Counted from the stretch's first letter, positions 10,224-19,690 are shown. The stretch: 64,000 nucleotides of DNA from an uncultured bacterium (GCA_963744655.1 CAVUUJ010000002.1:2028005-2092004); one strand, 5' to 3'. Numbers and translations are program-made. The notes: a model not told the origin generated them from the sequence alone.

Positions 10224-11608
10224 AGGCACCCCGCGCCTGCCACCTCGTAGGCATCGCGGGCACGGGCATGAGCGCCCTCGCACAGGCCCTGCTCGACGCC
10301 GGCGCGGCCGTCAGCGGGTCCGACCGCCACCGGGACCGCGGCCGGCCCCTCGACGTGCTCCGCACGCTCGAACGCGCGGGCGCGCGGCTCCTGCCGCAGG
10401 ACGGAAGCGGCGTGCGCCCCGGGCTCGATGCCGTCGTGGTCAGTACGGCCGTCGAGCCGGGGAACGCGGACCTCGAAGCCGCCTCGCGCGCCGGCGTGCC
10501 CGTCCGCCACCGCGCCGGGCTGCTGGCCGAACTGGCGTCGGCGAAGGGACGGTGCACGGCCGTGGCCGGGACGGCGGGGAAGACCACCGTGACGGCCATG
10601 CTCGGCTGGGTGGCCGCGGCGGCGGGGCTGGACCCCTCCGTGGTGAACGGCGGCGAGGTGATCGGCTGGGGACACGCCGACCGCGTCGGCAGCGTCCGCC
10701 GCGGGGCGGGGGACCGGTGGATCGTCGAGACCGACGAGAGCGACAAGTCCCTGCTCCGCTTTCATCCCGCCGACGCGATCCTGACGGGGATCGGCCGGGA
10801 CCACTTCGAGCTCGACGAGGTGGTGGCGGTCTTCGCGCGGTTCGCGGGGCAGGTGCGCGGCTTGCTCGTAACCACCCCGGAGGCAATCCGGCAGCTCGGC
10901 GCCGCCGCGCCGCCCGGGGCGCGCCCGATCGACGGCCCGGACGGGCCGGTCGAGGCGACGGCGCGGGGGGTCCGGTTCCGCTACCGCGGCACGGCGTTCT
11001 CGCTCGCCCTGCCGGGCGCGCACCAGGCGGCGAACGCGATGCTCGTGGCGGACCTGGCCGCCTCGTGGGGCGTGCCCGCGGCCGACACGGCCAGCGCGCT
11101 CCGCGGGTTCCGGGGGGTGCGCCGCCGGATGGAGTGCGTCGGGGAGCGGGACGGGCTGCGGGTCGTGGACGACTACGCGCACAACCCGCTCAAGGTGGCC
11201 GCCGCCCTGGCGGCGGCCTGCCCGGGCCGCGGCCGCCTGTTGGCCGCCTGGCGCCCCCACGGTTTCGGACCCCTGCGCCTGATGTTCGACGAACTCGTCG
11301 ACGCCTTTGCGCGCGGGCTTCGGCCGGACGACCGGCTCTGGCTGCTCCCCGTCTACTACGACGGCGGAACGGCCGGCGGGGGCCGCACGAGCGAAGAACT
11401 CGCGGCGGCGCTGCGCGGCGCGGGCGCCCCGGCGGCGGCCGTGGCGGACTACGCGGAGCTGGAGCGCGCCGTGGCCGCCGCCGCGCGGCCCGGGGACGTG
11501 CTGCTCGTCATGGGCGCCCGCGACCCGGACCTGCCGCTCTTCGCGCGGCGGATGGCGGGCCCCCGGCCGGACGGAGGGCCGCGCCCGGTTCCGTCCGTGC
11601 CCCGCTAG
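10220..11608 (+). CDS. murC: Mur ligase, UDP-N-acetylmuramate--L-alanine ligase-like (MurC/Mpl family)
   Basis: GTG 10220 overlaps the bactofilin stop. 'HLVGIAGTGMSALAQ', 'AGTAGKTTVTAML', 'ETDESD', 'DDYAHNP' and 'WRPHGFGP' align with MurC motifs. An Mpl paralog cannot be excluded. Confidence 0.8.
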   Translation: MKAPRACHLVGIAGTGMSALAQALLDAGAAVSGSDRHRDRGRPLDVLRTLERAGARLLPQDGSGVRPGLDAVVVSTAVEPGNADLEAASRAGVPVRHRAGLLAELASAKGRCTAVAGTAGKTTVTAMLGWVAAAAGLDPSVVNGGEVIGWGHADRVGSVRRGAGDRWIVETDESDKSLLRFHPADAILTGIGRDHFELDEVVAVFARFAGQVRGLLVTTPEAIRQLGAAAPPGARPIDGPDGPVEATARGVRFRYRGTAFSLALPGAHQAANAMLVADLAASWGVPAADTASALRGFRGVRRRMECVGERDGLRVVDDYAHNPLKVAAALAAACPGRGRLLAAWRPHGFGPLRLMFDELVDAFARGLRPDDRLWLLPVYYDGGTAGGGRTSEELAAALRGAGAPAAAVADYAELERAVAAAARPGDVLLVMGARDPDLPLFARRMAGPRPDGGPRPVPSVPR

Positions 11609-12071
11609 CCCCGCCGACCCCGGCCTCCCGCGCCGGCCGCGGTTCCCCGCGGCGCAGCAGGAGGAGGCAGAGCGCGGCGAGCAGGGCGGCGCGAGCGACC
11701 TCCATCGGGCCCAGCGGCTCGGCGGCCGGCCCGACGCCCAGGCAGCCGCAGGGGATGGCCAGGCCGCGCGCGAGGGCGGAGGCGGTGGCCGCGACGAACA
11801 GGAGTGCCAGCCCGGCGCCCAGCAGGAGCCCCGCGCGCCGGTGGCGGGGGGGGGCGCCCAGGATGGCCAGTCCCGCGGCCAGCTCGATCCAGGGCAGGTA
11901 GACGGCCGCCGCGTTCACGAACGCGGCGGGCAGGACCCGGTAGCGGTACACCGCCAGGGCGAACGCGGCGGGTGCGGCGATCTTCGGCAGGGCGGCCGCG
12001 CAGTAGACCAGGCCCGCCGCCGCCCGCCCGGCCCGCACCACGCCGCGGAAGGTCCGGTGCGTCGCGCTCAC
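11508..12071 (-). CDS. MauE/DoxX-family membrane protein
   Basis: Four hydrophobic helices and a 'IPCGCLGVG' motif as in MauE. Start overlaps the rhodanese stop. The low-complexity 3' end overlaps the convergent murC by about 100 nt. Confidence 0.5.
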   Translation of the reverse strand: MSATHRTFRGVVRAGRAAAGLVYCAAALPKIAAPAAFALAVYRYRVLPAAFVNAAAVYLPWIELAAGLAILGAPPRHRRAGLLLGAGLALLFVAATASALARGLAIPCGCLGVGPAAEPLGPMEVARAALLAALCLLLLRRGEPRPAREAGVGGASGARTEPGAALRPAGGPPSAARRAAGPGRGRP

Positions 12072-12568
12072 GGCCCGCTCCGCTCCGGCCGCTCGATGCG
12101 GCCGCCGGCGCGGCGCCAGGCGCGCAGGCCGCCGGCGAAGACGGCGGTGTTCGTGTAGCCGAGCCGCTGCAGGTGCAGGGCCAGGCGCAGCGCGTCGTCG
12201 CAGGTCGGCCCGTCGCAGTAGACGATGATCTCCTGGCCGGGGGCCAGCAGCGGCTCGACGTGGCGCAGTTCCGCGTCGACCCGCGCCGCGGGCAGGGACA
12301 CCGCGCCGGGCACGCGGCCGCGGCGGAAGGCCGGCGCCGCGCGCGCGTCGATCACGACGGCGGTCCCTTTCGCCACGGCCCGGCGCATGCCGGCAGGCCC
12401 CACGGCGCGCAGGCCGGCCGCCTCGACCGCCGCGGCGCCGTCATCGTCCGGCGCTCGCAGCCACGGGATGCGGCGGGGGCCCAGCGTGTTGGCGGCGGAG
12501 CCGAGGACCAGGGCCGCCAGCAGCAGGTGCAGCATCCCGGCGGCCGTCGCATGGCGTTCCCGCGGCAT
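12068..12568 (-). CDS. membrane-anchored rhodanese-domain protein (sulfurtransferase-like)
   Basis: N-terminal TM followed by a rhodanese fold with active-site loop 'IIVYCDGPTCDDA'. Start chosen at ATG 12568; an ATG at 12538 is an alternative. Confidence 0.6.
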   Translation of the reverse strand: MPRERHATAAGMLHLLLAALVLGSAANTLGPRRIPWLRAPDDDGAAAVEAAGLRAVGPAGMRRAVAKGTAVVIDARAAPAFRRGRVPGAVSLPAARVDAELRHVEPLLAPGQEIIVYCDGPTCDDALRLALHLQRLGYTNTAVFAGGLRAWRRAGGRIERPERSGP

Positions 12569-12585
12569 GGTCGCGAGGCCCGCGC

Positions 12586-12942
12586 CTACCGCTGGAAGGG
12601 ATCCGTGACCATCGGTTTTCCGCAGTAGATGCACAGGGGCCGGTGCTTGGCGGTGAGCCGCCCGCAGTGGGGACAGGGCGGGACGGGGGTGGCCGCGACC
12701 CGCCCGTCCGCGCGCCCGTCGCGCAGGTCGATCTCCGTGATGCGCCGGAACAGCTCCTCGTCGGTGTAGCCGTGCTGCTCCTTGAGGATGCCCCACAGGG
12801 CCTCGGTGATCATGAGCAGACGCTCGATGTCGTGCCGCGTCTCCGCCACGGCAGACTTCGCCCGCTCCGCCGCGGCGCGCTCCGCCGCGGCGCCGCCCGG
12901 CCCTCCCGCGGCGTTGGAAAAGGCGTGGGGTGCGTAGAACAT
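12586..12942 (-). CDS. small hypothetical protein with C-terminal zinc-ribbon (CPHCG...CIYCG)
   Basis: Start 'MFYAPHAF' at 12942 inside a longer GC-frame ORF. Ends 18 nt before the rhodanese gene in the same orientation. Confidence 0.45.
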   Translation of the reverse strand: MFYAPHAFSNAAGGPGGAAAERAAAERAKSAVAETRHDIERLLMITEALWGILKEQHGYTDEELFRRITEIDLRDGRADGRVAATPVPPCPHCGRLTAKHRPLCIYCGKPMVTDPFQR

Positions 12943-13303
12943 GATCCTCTCCCTCCTGCGTTGTCCCCTGATACGGCGGACCGCGCGCGGGGGCAAACGG
13001 ATTCTCGCCGCCCGGCCCGTCCCCGGTCCCGCCGGGCGGATCGCGTGGCGCCGCGGGGTGGCGCGAGCGGGGGCGCGTGGGGCGGGAGCGGCGCGAAAAA
13101 GGCCTCGCGGATCGCGCGTGATCTCACCCCGTCCGCGGCGTTGCCGCGGGCGGTGCGGACACGAGTCCAGCCCCGCCCGCGCCGCCTGGCGTCCGGGGCA
13201 AGCTGACACGCTCCCGCTCGGGCCCCCCGGGGGCCGGGGGCGACTTGCCGAAAGCCGCGTTGCCGCGGAACGTGGGTCACGCTGCCGCGCACCGCAGGCC
13301 ACT

Positions 13304-13334
13304 GTCCGGGCAGGGGCTGTCGCCCTGCCCGGAC
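13304..13334. promoter_or_regulatory. perfect 13-bp inverted repeat GTCCGGGCAGGGG-ctgtc-CCCCTGCCCGGAC (operator or leader hairpin)
   Basis: Found in the 505-bp divergent intergenic region, 115-145 nt upstream of the radical SAM start. The arms are exact reverse complements. Confidence 0.4.
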
Positions 13335-13447
13335 ACCAGGAGGGCGGGTCAGCGGGGGGCAGTGGCGTTTGCCGATGGCGGTCTGCGGCGGGTGCCGGTC
13401 CGTCGCGCCCCTCGTCTTCCCCGGTCGTTCCGCCTAGGATCGGGGGC

Positions 13448-14389
13448 ATGGACGAGGCCTACCGCGACTGCCGGCTCTGCCCGCGCGACTGCGGGGTCGA
13501 CCGCACCGCGGGCGCCGCGGGGCGCTGCGGCGAGTCGGCCTCGCTCCGTGTCGCGTCGATCCTCGCGCACTACGGCGAGGAACCGGTTCTCAGCGGGACG
13601 CGCGGTTCCGGCACGGTGTTCTTCAGCGGCTGTTCCAGCGGGTGCTTCTTCTGCCAGAACTACCGGGTTTCCCTTCAGCACGCCGGGCGGGTGATGGACG
13701 ACGCGGAGCTGGAACGAGAGGTCGCGGCGCTCGTCGCCCGCGGCGTGCACAACGTGAACTTCGTCACCCCCGACCACTTCTGGCCCCACGTCGAACGGCT
13801 CGGCGCGGCGTTGCGGGCGCGCGGGTGCAAGGTGCCCTTCGTGTTCAACGGGTCGGGTTACCAGCGGCCGGACATGCTGCCGCGGTACGCGGCGGTGATG
13901 GACGTCTTCCTGCCCGACTTCAAGTTCGCCGACGCCGGCCTGGCCCGGCGGGTCATGGGCGACGGTCGCTATCCCGCGATCGCGCTGGCGGCCCTCGAGG
14001 GGATGGTGGCGGCGAAGGGCTTCTGTGAACCGTGGGACCCGTCGGGCGGGCGGCCGGCGCGGCGCGGGGTGCTGGTGCGGCACCTCGTCCTGCCCGGCGA
14101 GACGGCCAACAGCGTGGGGGTCCTCCGCCTGCTGCGCGAAGCCTTCGGGCGCCACCTGCCGCTCTCGGTCATGGGGCAGTACCGGCCCGTGCCGGCCTGC
14201 CGGCGTCGGTCGGACCTCGACCGGCGCGTCACCTCCGCCGAGTACCGCGCGGTGTGCGACGAGGCGGCAGCGCTCGGCTTCGAGAACCTCTTCGTGCAGG
14301 CCCTTTCCGGCGACGACGGGTTCCTGCCCGACTTCGACCGCGAGGAACCGTTCGCCGGCAACCGGCCCCGCCCGCCTCCGGGGGGGTGA
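13448..14389 (+). CDS. radical SAM protein, PflX-like (pyruvate formate-lyase activating enzyme homolog, COG1313)
   Basis: ATG 13448. Has an N-terminal Cys cluster 'CRLCPRDCGVDR' and the radical SAM motif 'FSGCSSGCFFCQNY' (CxxxCxxC). Confidence 0.75.
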   Translation: MDEAYRDCRLCPRDCGVDRTAGAAGRCGESASLRVASILAHYGEEPVLSGTRGSGTVFFSGCSSGCFFCQNYRVSLQHAGRVMDDAELEREVAALVARGVHNVNFVTPDHFWPHVERLGAALRARGCKVPFVFNGSGYQRPDMLPRYAAVMDVFLPDFKFADAGLARRVMGDGRYPAIALAALEGMVAAKGFCEPWDPSGGRPARRGVLVRHLVLPGETANSVGVLRLLREAFGRHLPLSVMGQYRPVPACRRRSDLDRRVTSAEYRAVCDEAAALGFENLFVQALSGDDGFLPDFDREEPFAGNRPRPPPGG

Positions 14390-14404
14390 GTGCCGCCCCC
14401 GGGA

Positions 14405-15355
14405 TCAGCGTGCCGCCGGGCGCGCGGACCACTCGAGGAGCTTGAGCATGACGGCCTTGTGCGCGTGCAGCCGGTTCTCCGCCTCGTCGAAGACCACCGA
14501 CTGCGGCCCGTCGATCACTTCCGAGGTCTGCTCGTAGCCGCGCATGGCGGGCAGGCAGTTCATGAAGACCGCGTTCCGGGCGGCGCGCTTCATGAGCGCC
14601 GCCGTGACCCGGTAGGGGCGGAGCGCCTTGCAGCGCGCCTTCGCCGCGGCGGGATCGATGTGGTAGCTCATCCACGAGTCGGTGTAGACCGCGTCCGCGC
14701 CCCGCACCGCCTCCGCCGCGCGGTCGGTCACGGTGATTCCCGCGCCCGAACGGCGACCCGCCGTCCGCGCGCGGCGCAGCACGGCGGGGTCGGGCTGGAA
14801 GGCGGCCTCGGGCGGGCACCCGACGGTGATGTCGATGCCGCACTTCGCGCAGCCGATCAGCAGCGAGTGCGTCACGTTGTTGCGGCTGTCGCCCAGGTAG
14901 GCGAGCTTGAGCCCCTTCAGGCGGCCCTTGCGTTCCCGGAGGGTGAGCAGGTCGGCCAGGATCTGCGTGGGGTGCGCGTGGTCCGTCAACCCGTTGATGA
15001 CGGGCACCGTGGCGTGCCGCGCGAGCGCGCGGAGGGTCCGGTGCTCGAAGAGCCGGGCCATCACGAGATCCACGTAGCGGCTCAGCACGCGCGCGGTGTC
15101 CTCGATGGTCTCCTTGCCGGCGCCGAGCGGCGAGGTGCCGAGGTCGTAGTGGATCGCGTGGCCGCCCATCTGGGTGGCTCCCGTCTCGAAGGAGACGCGC
15201 GTGCGCAGGCTCGGCTTCTCGAAGAGCATGATGAGCGTCCGGTCGCGCAGGGCCTCGCGGTACGCGGCGGGATCGCGCTTGAGCTCGAGGGCGAGCGCGA
15301 GGACGTCCGCGATCTGCTGGGGCGACCAGTCGGCGAGGCTGACGAGATGCTTCAT
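14405..15355 (-). CDS. argF: ornithine carbamoyltransferase
   Basis: 'SLRTRVSFE', 'HPTQILADLLT' and 'FMNCLPAMRG' (HCLP-type) are OTCase motifs. Confidence 0.85.
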   Translation of the reverse strand: MKHLVSLADWSPQQIADVLALALELKRDPAAYREALRDRTLIMLFEKPSLRTRVSFETGATQMGGHAIHYDLGTSPLGAGKETIEDTARVLSRYVDLVMARLFEHRTLRALARHATVPVINGLTDHAHPTQILADLLTLRERKGRLKGLKLAYLGDSRNNVTHSLLIGCAKCGIDITVGCPPEAAFQPDPAVLRRARTAGRRSGAGITVTDRAAEAVRGADAVYTDSWMSYHIDPAAAKARCKALRPYRVTAALMKRAARNAVFMNCLPAMRGYEQTSEVIDGPQSVVFDEAENRLHAHKAVMLKLLEWSARPAAR

Positions 15356-15458
15356 GTCCTTCTTCCGTTCCGCCGGCCCGCGCGCCGGCTGCTGGCTGCT
15401 TCCCGGTGCGCGGCGTCGCCCTCCCGGTCCCGGGCGGCCGCCGCGGTGGCGCGTCCCC

Positions 15459-16527
15459 CTACCGAACGAGCTCCGCGTAGTAGCGGTCGACTTCCGCGTC
15501 CTTCTCGAAGATGGACAGGACCAGGGCCACGCGCATCCACATGCCGTTGCGCACCTGGCGCCAGTACATCGCGCGCGGATCGCGGTCGACCCCGACCGCG
15601 ATCTCCTCGCGGCGGGGCAGGGGGTGCATGAGGATCGCGTCGGGCCGCAGCGCCGCGAGGTGGCGTTCGTGGAACTCGAAGGGGCGGGTATCGAGCTGCC
15701 GGCTCTCCCGGGCCGTGTCCCACTCGTCCTGGATCCGCGTCATGTAGATGGCGTCGACCTCCGGAACCACCGCCTCGAAATCGGAGGTCAGCGTGAAGTC
15801 CACGCCCGCCGCGGCCAGGCTCTCCCGCACGTCCTCGCCGATCTGGAGCGATTCGGGCGCCACGAAGACCTGCCGCACGCCCGGGTAGAGCGTCAGCAGC
15901 CAGGCCAGGGAGCGCACGGTGCGGCCCCGGAGCCAGGTCGCCGACGAAGGCGATGCGCTTGCCCTCGATGCCGCCGCGTTCCTCGAAGCTGCGCTGGAGG
16001 GTGTAGATGTCGAGCAGCGCCTGGGTGGGGTGCTGGTCCTTGCCCGAGCCGGCGTTGACGACCGGGATGGGCCGCTCGGTGTTGGACAGCATCCACGCGA
16101 TCCGCTCGGCGAAGCCCCCGACGGGATGGCGCATGATGATGAGGTCGAAGTAGGAACTGAACGTGCGGACGGAGTCCTCGGGCGACTCGCCCTTGAGCTC
16201 GCTGGACGTCGACGTGTCGCGCACCTCGGCGGGCTGCAGGCCGACGATCTGGCAGGCGGCGTAGAAGGAGAGAAACGTGCGGGTGGAGGGCTGGGCGAAG
16301 TAGAGCATGGCCCGCTTGTCCGAGAGCAGGTCCTGCAGGAACAGGCGCCCGCCGCGGGTCTTGGCGATGCGCCGGGTCCGGGTGGCCAGCTCGCAGAGCC
16401 GGTCGAGCGAGGGCCGGTCGAACTGCTGCGCCACCAGCGCGTGAAGGGGGCGTCCGTCGCGTTGGAAGAAGCGGCTCTTTTCCGCCAGGCTCAGGGCGTG
16501 GAACGTGTCCCAGGGAATGCCTCTCAT
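15459..16527 (-). pseudogene. aspartate/ornithine carbamoyltransferase-family gene (ATCase-like, 'STRT...HPTQ...HPLPR') split by one frameshift
   Basis: RBS GGAGG precedes ATG 16527. The N-terminal half (STRTF, HPTQ) sits in one frame up to 'GKRIAFVGDLA'. The C-terminal half 'RSLAWLLTLYP...LMHPLPRREE' sits in the ORF 15459..15917, offset by +1. The junction near 15920-15945 looks like a one-C insertion in 'gctccgggg'. Confidence 0.65.
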
Positions 16528-16662
16528 GCCGTCGTCCTCCGGCCCCGTTGATAACAGAAACCGGGCGGGCCCGCCACGGCAAGATGCGCGGGCGGGCGGC
16601 CCCGCGCGCCCTTCCGCCTGTTGCGGCTGGCCCGGCGGCGCGGCCTGCCGTAGCATGGGGCC

Positions 16663-17775
16663 ATGAAACGGGGGGAACCGGCGGGCCGTGACGGCGGGGC
16701 GGGAACGGACGGCGTCCGGCGGATCCTGGTCGTGAAGATGAGTTCGCTGGGCGACCTCTTCCACGCGCTGCCGGCCGTGCACAACCTGCGCCTCGCGTCG
16801 CGCGCTCCGGTGGACTGGGTCGTGCACCCGGAGTACGCGGACCTCGCGCGCTGTTTCGAGGACGCTGACCGCGTGATCGTCTTTCCCCGCCGCGGCGGGC
16901 CGGGCGGCGCGTGGCGCTACCTGCGCGAGGTGCGCCGCGAGCGGTACGACCTGGTCGTGGATCTCCAGGGCCTGCTCAAGAGCCTGGCGGCCGCGCGGCT
17001 GGCGCGAAGCCGCAGGGTGATCGGACCGTCCTTCTGCCGCGAGGGCACGCGGGGGCTGTACTCCGCCGTGGCGGGGCCGCGCGATAAGGAGCGGCACGCG
17101 GTCGAGGAGAACCTCGACGTGATCCGCTACCTGGGCTGGGAGGAAATCGACCCGGTCTTCCCCGTCCGGTTCCCGCCAGCGGACATCCGGGGCCCGGCGC
17201 CGCACATCGCCCTGGTGCCCCGCTCGCGCTGGGCCACCAAGAACTGGCCTGTCGAGGCCTTCGCGGCGCTGGGCCGGCGGCTGCTGGACCGGACCCCGGG
17301 CACGCTTCACCTCGTCGGCTCGGCGGCCGACGCGGCCGCGGTGGAGGCGATCGAGCGGGGCATCGGCGGCGGCGGCCGCGTGGACAACCGCTGCGGCCGA
17401 ACGACCCTCGTCGAGACCGGCAGCCTGCTGGCCGCCATGGACCTGGTCGTGACGGTCGATTCCGGCCCCATGCACGTGGCCGCGGCGCTGGGCCGCCCGG
17501 TGCTGGCCCTGTTCGGTCCCACCGACCCGGTGCGCACCGGGCCGTACGGGGAGGGACACCGGGTGCTGCGCGTCGAGTCGACGTCCTGCAGCCCGTGTTT
17601 CGAGGCCTCGTGCCGCCGGGGCGACCTGGCGTGCCTGCGCAATCTCTTCCCGAGCGAGGTGGCGGAGGCGGCGCTCGAGCTGCTTCGCGAAGCCGCCGGG
17701 CGGGAAAGGGAGCGCGCCGCGGCGGCGCCGGCCGCGCCCGCACGCGCCGTGCAGCCCGGCCTTCCTTTCGGGTGA
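16663..17775 (+). CDS. ADP-heptose:LPS heptosyltransferase (glycosyltransferase family 9)
   Basis: 'RILVVKMSSLGDLFHALPAV', 'YDLVVDLQGLLKS' and 'VTVDSGPMHVAAALGRPVLALFGPTDP' are GT9 (WaaC/WaaF-type) motifs. Confidence 0.8.
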   Translation: MKRGEPAGRDGGAGTDGVRRILVVKMSSLGDLFHALPAVHNLRLASRAPVDWVVHPEYADLARCFEDADRVIVFPRRGGPGGAWRYLREVRRERYDLVVDLQGLLKSLAAARLARSRRVIGPSFCREGTRGLYSAVAGPRDKERHAVEENLDVIRYLGWEEIDPVFPVRFPPADIRGPAPHIALVPRSRWATKNWPVEAFAALGRRLLDRTPGTLHLVGSAADAAAVEAIERGIGGGGRVDNRCGRTTLVETGSLLAAMDLVVTVDSGPMHVAAALGRPVLALFGPTDPVRTGPYGEGHRVLRVESTSCSPCFEASCRRGDLACLRNLFPSEVAEAALELLREAAGRERERAAAAPAAPARAVQPGLPFG

Positions 17776-17826
17776 CGAGGGCGCCGCGCGGCCCGCGCTC
17801 GCGGCCCGCCCGGGGAACGGCGCGGG

Positions 17827-18456
17827 TCAGACGCTCAGCGACCGCACGTAGACGGCGGCCACCTCGGCGCGGCGCTTGGTGCCGGTCTTGTCCATCACGC
17901 GGCTGAGGTAGTTGCGCACCGTCTTCTCGGAGAGCTTCATGTCCGTGGCGATCTGCCGGTTGGTCAGCCCGCGCGCCACGCGGTCCACGATCTGCGCTTC
18001 CTGGTAGGTCAGCTGATCCACGATGGACCGGCTTTCGCCGGCGGCAGGGCGGTCCGCCAGGATGCCGATGAGACGGGGATCCCAGGCCGGCACCCCGCGC
18101 GCCACCTGCCGGACGGCCTCGGCCAGTTCTTCCAGGTCGGCGGTCTTCAGGAAGTACCCGTCCGCGTGGAGCGCGCGGGCACGCCGCACGGTCATCTGGT
18201 CATCCATCATCGTGAGCAGGAGCACACGCAGGTCCCGCCGGTTCCGCTTCATCTCGGCCATCAGGTCCAGGCCGTCGTCGCCGTTCAGTTTCAGGTCCAG
18301 CACGACCACGTCCGGCTTGTGCTCGCGGATGAGGCGGAGCGCGGCGGTCCGGTCGGCGCAAGCCCCTACCACGCGGATCCCCTCGGTCTCATCGAGGGCG
18401 TAAGCCAGACCGGCCCGAACCACCGGGTGGTCATCCACTATCAGTACGTCAGGCAC
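17827..18456 (-). CDS. two-component response regulator, NarL/LuxR family (REC + HTH_LuxR)
   Basis: GTG 18456 lies directly after 'GGGAGGGTGAGG'. Has the REC phosphoacceptor 'VVVLDLKLNGDDGL' and a LuxR HTH: 'LTYQEAQIVDRVARGLTNRQIATDMKLSEKTVRNYLSRVMDK'. Confidence 0.8.
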   Translation of the reverse strand: MPDVLIVDDHPVVRAGLAYALDETEGIRVVGACADRTAALRLIREHKPDVVVLDLKLNGDDGLDLMAEMKRNRRDLRVLLLTMMDDQMTVRRARALHADGYFLKTADLEELAEAVRQVARGVPAWDPRLIGILADRPAAGESRSIVDQLTYQEAQIVDRVARGLTNRQIATDMKLSEKTVRNYLSRVMDKTGTKRRAEVAAVYVRSLSV

Positions 18457-18561
18457 CCTCACCCTCCCTGCGCCATGCCCCCGAAGCAGGCGAATGATAC
18501 ATCTCCGTCCCGGGGCGGTCAACCCGTAAGGCAGCATAAAGCCGTCAAGAGCAAAGACATA

Positions 18562-18585
18562 CAGTAGGTACATATGACCCTACTG
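18562..18585. promoter_or_regulatory. inverted repeat CAGTAGG-tacatatgac-CCTACTG in the response regulator/dapF divergent region
   Basis: 7-bp perfect arms around a CATATG-centred spacer. This is the most AT-rich spot in the 272-bp intergenic region. Confidence 0.3.
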
Positions 18586-18728
18586 CGGGCCGCTCGGCGG
18601 CAGGGGCGGAACGAGGGCTGGCGGCGGGATGCCCGGCCGCGGCAAGTGCGTGCGTGCCCGGCTGGCATCCCGTGCGGGTTCTGGTAAGGTGGGGGCGTGC
18701 GGGACAGCTGGCGGGACGGGAGAGCGCG

Positions 18729-19544
18729 ATGCGGATTCCATTCTTCAAGATGCACGGGGCGGCGAACGATTTCCTTCTCGTGGACGACCGGCAACGCGTT
18801 TTCCCCATAGAAGACCGCGCGTGGATCGCCCGCGTCGCGGCGCGCCGGACGGGCGTGGGCTGCGACGGGATCCTGCTGATCCAGCCGTCGGAGAAGGCGG
18901 ATTTCCGCATGCGCTTCCTTAATCCCGACGGGAGCGAGGCCGACCTGTGCGGCAACGGCGCGCGCTGCATCGCCCGGCTGGCCGTCGAGCAGGGGGCGGC
19001 TCCCCCGCGCATGCGCATCGAGACCGCCGCCGGGATCCTCGGGGCCGAGGTGCAGGGCGAACAGGTGCGCGTGAACATGCCCGACCCGAAAGCGTGGCGG
19101 CTCGACCTGCGCCTGGCGGTCGGCGGCACGGAGCGGGTCGGCCACGCCGTGAACACGGGTGTGCCGCACGCGGTGGTCGAGGTGGAGGACGTGGACGCCG
19201 TCGACGTCGCCGCGCTGGGCCGGGCAATCCGGCTCCACGAGGTCTTCCAGCCGGAGGGCGCAAACGCGAACTTCATCCGTGTCACCGGCCCCGGTGCCCT
19301 GCGCATCCGCACCTACGAGCGCGGGGTCGAGGCCGAGACGCTCGCCTGCGGCACGGGCATCACGGCGGCGGCGCTGATCGCGGCGCGCCTCGGCCGCGTG
19401 CGCCTGCCGGTGAAGGTGACGCCCGCCGGCGGCGACGTCGTTGAGATCGACGCGCGGCTGGACGAAGACGGCGCCTCGGACGTGTTCATGACCGGCCCGG
19501 CGGTGCACGTGTTTCGCGGCGAGCTGGACTACGAAGGCGGCTGA
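18729..19544 (+). CDS. dapF: diaminopimelate epimerase
   Basis: 'FFKMHGAANDFLLVDD', 'NPDGSEADLCGNGARC' and 'ERGVEAETLACGTGITAA' give the two catalytic-Cys motifs. Confidence 0.85.
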   Translation: MRIPFFKMHGAANDFLLVDDRQRVFPIEDRAWIARVAARRTGVGCDGILLIQPSEKADFRMRFLNPDGSEADLCGNGARCIARLAVEQGAAPPRMRIETAAGILGAEVQGEQVRVNMPDPKAWRLDLRLAVGGTERVGHAVNTGVPHAVVEVEDVDAVDVAALGRAIRLHEVFQPEGANANFIRVTGPGALRIRTYERGVEAETLACGTGITAAALIAARLGRVRLPVKVTPAGGDVVEIDARLDEDGASDVFMTGPAVHVFRGELDYEGG

Positions 19545-19670
19545 CGCCCCGCCGCCCGCGCGGCCTGCGCCCGCGCGGCCCGCTGTTGGGAGGCGCCTTC
19601 CCCCGCCGCCGCTCCGCCCGTGTCCCTCGCGCCGGCCCGCCCGGCTCGCCGGGCGGTCGGGACCGGGCCC

Positions 19671-19690
19671 CCGGGGCGGCAACGCCCCGG
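19671..19690. terminator. GC hairpin CCGGGGCG-gcaa-CGCCCCGG between convergent dapF and the giant lipoprotein gene
   Basis: 8-bp perfect stem with a GNRA-like loop, 23 nt past the stop of the minus-strand gene. No U-tract, as is usual at this GC content. Confidence 0.25.

Noticed and set aside
15893-16582. 229-aa minus-strand ORF overlapping the transcarbamylase gene in another frame
   Set aside because: It is an out-of-frame reading of the pyrB-like gene with junk composition. The real protein motifs are in the other two frames.
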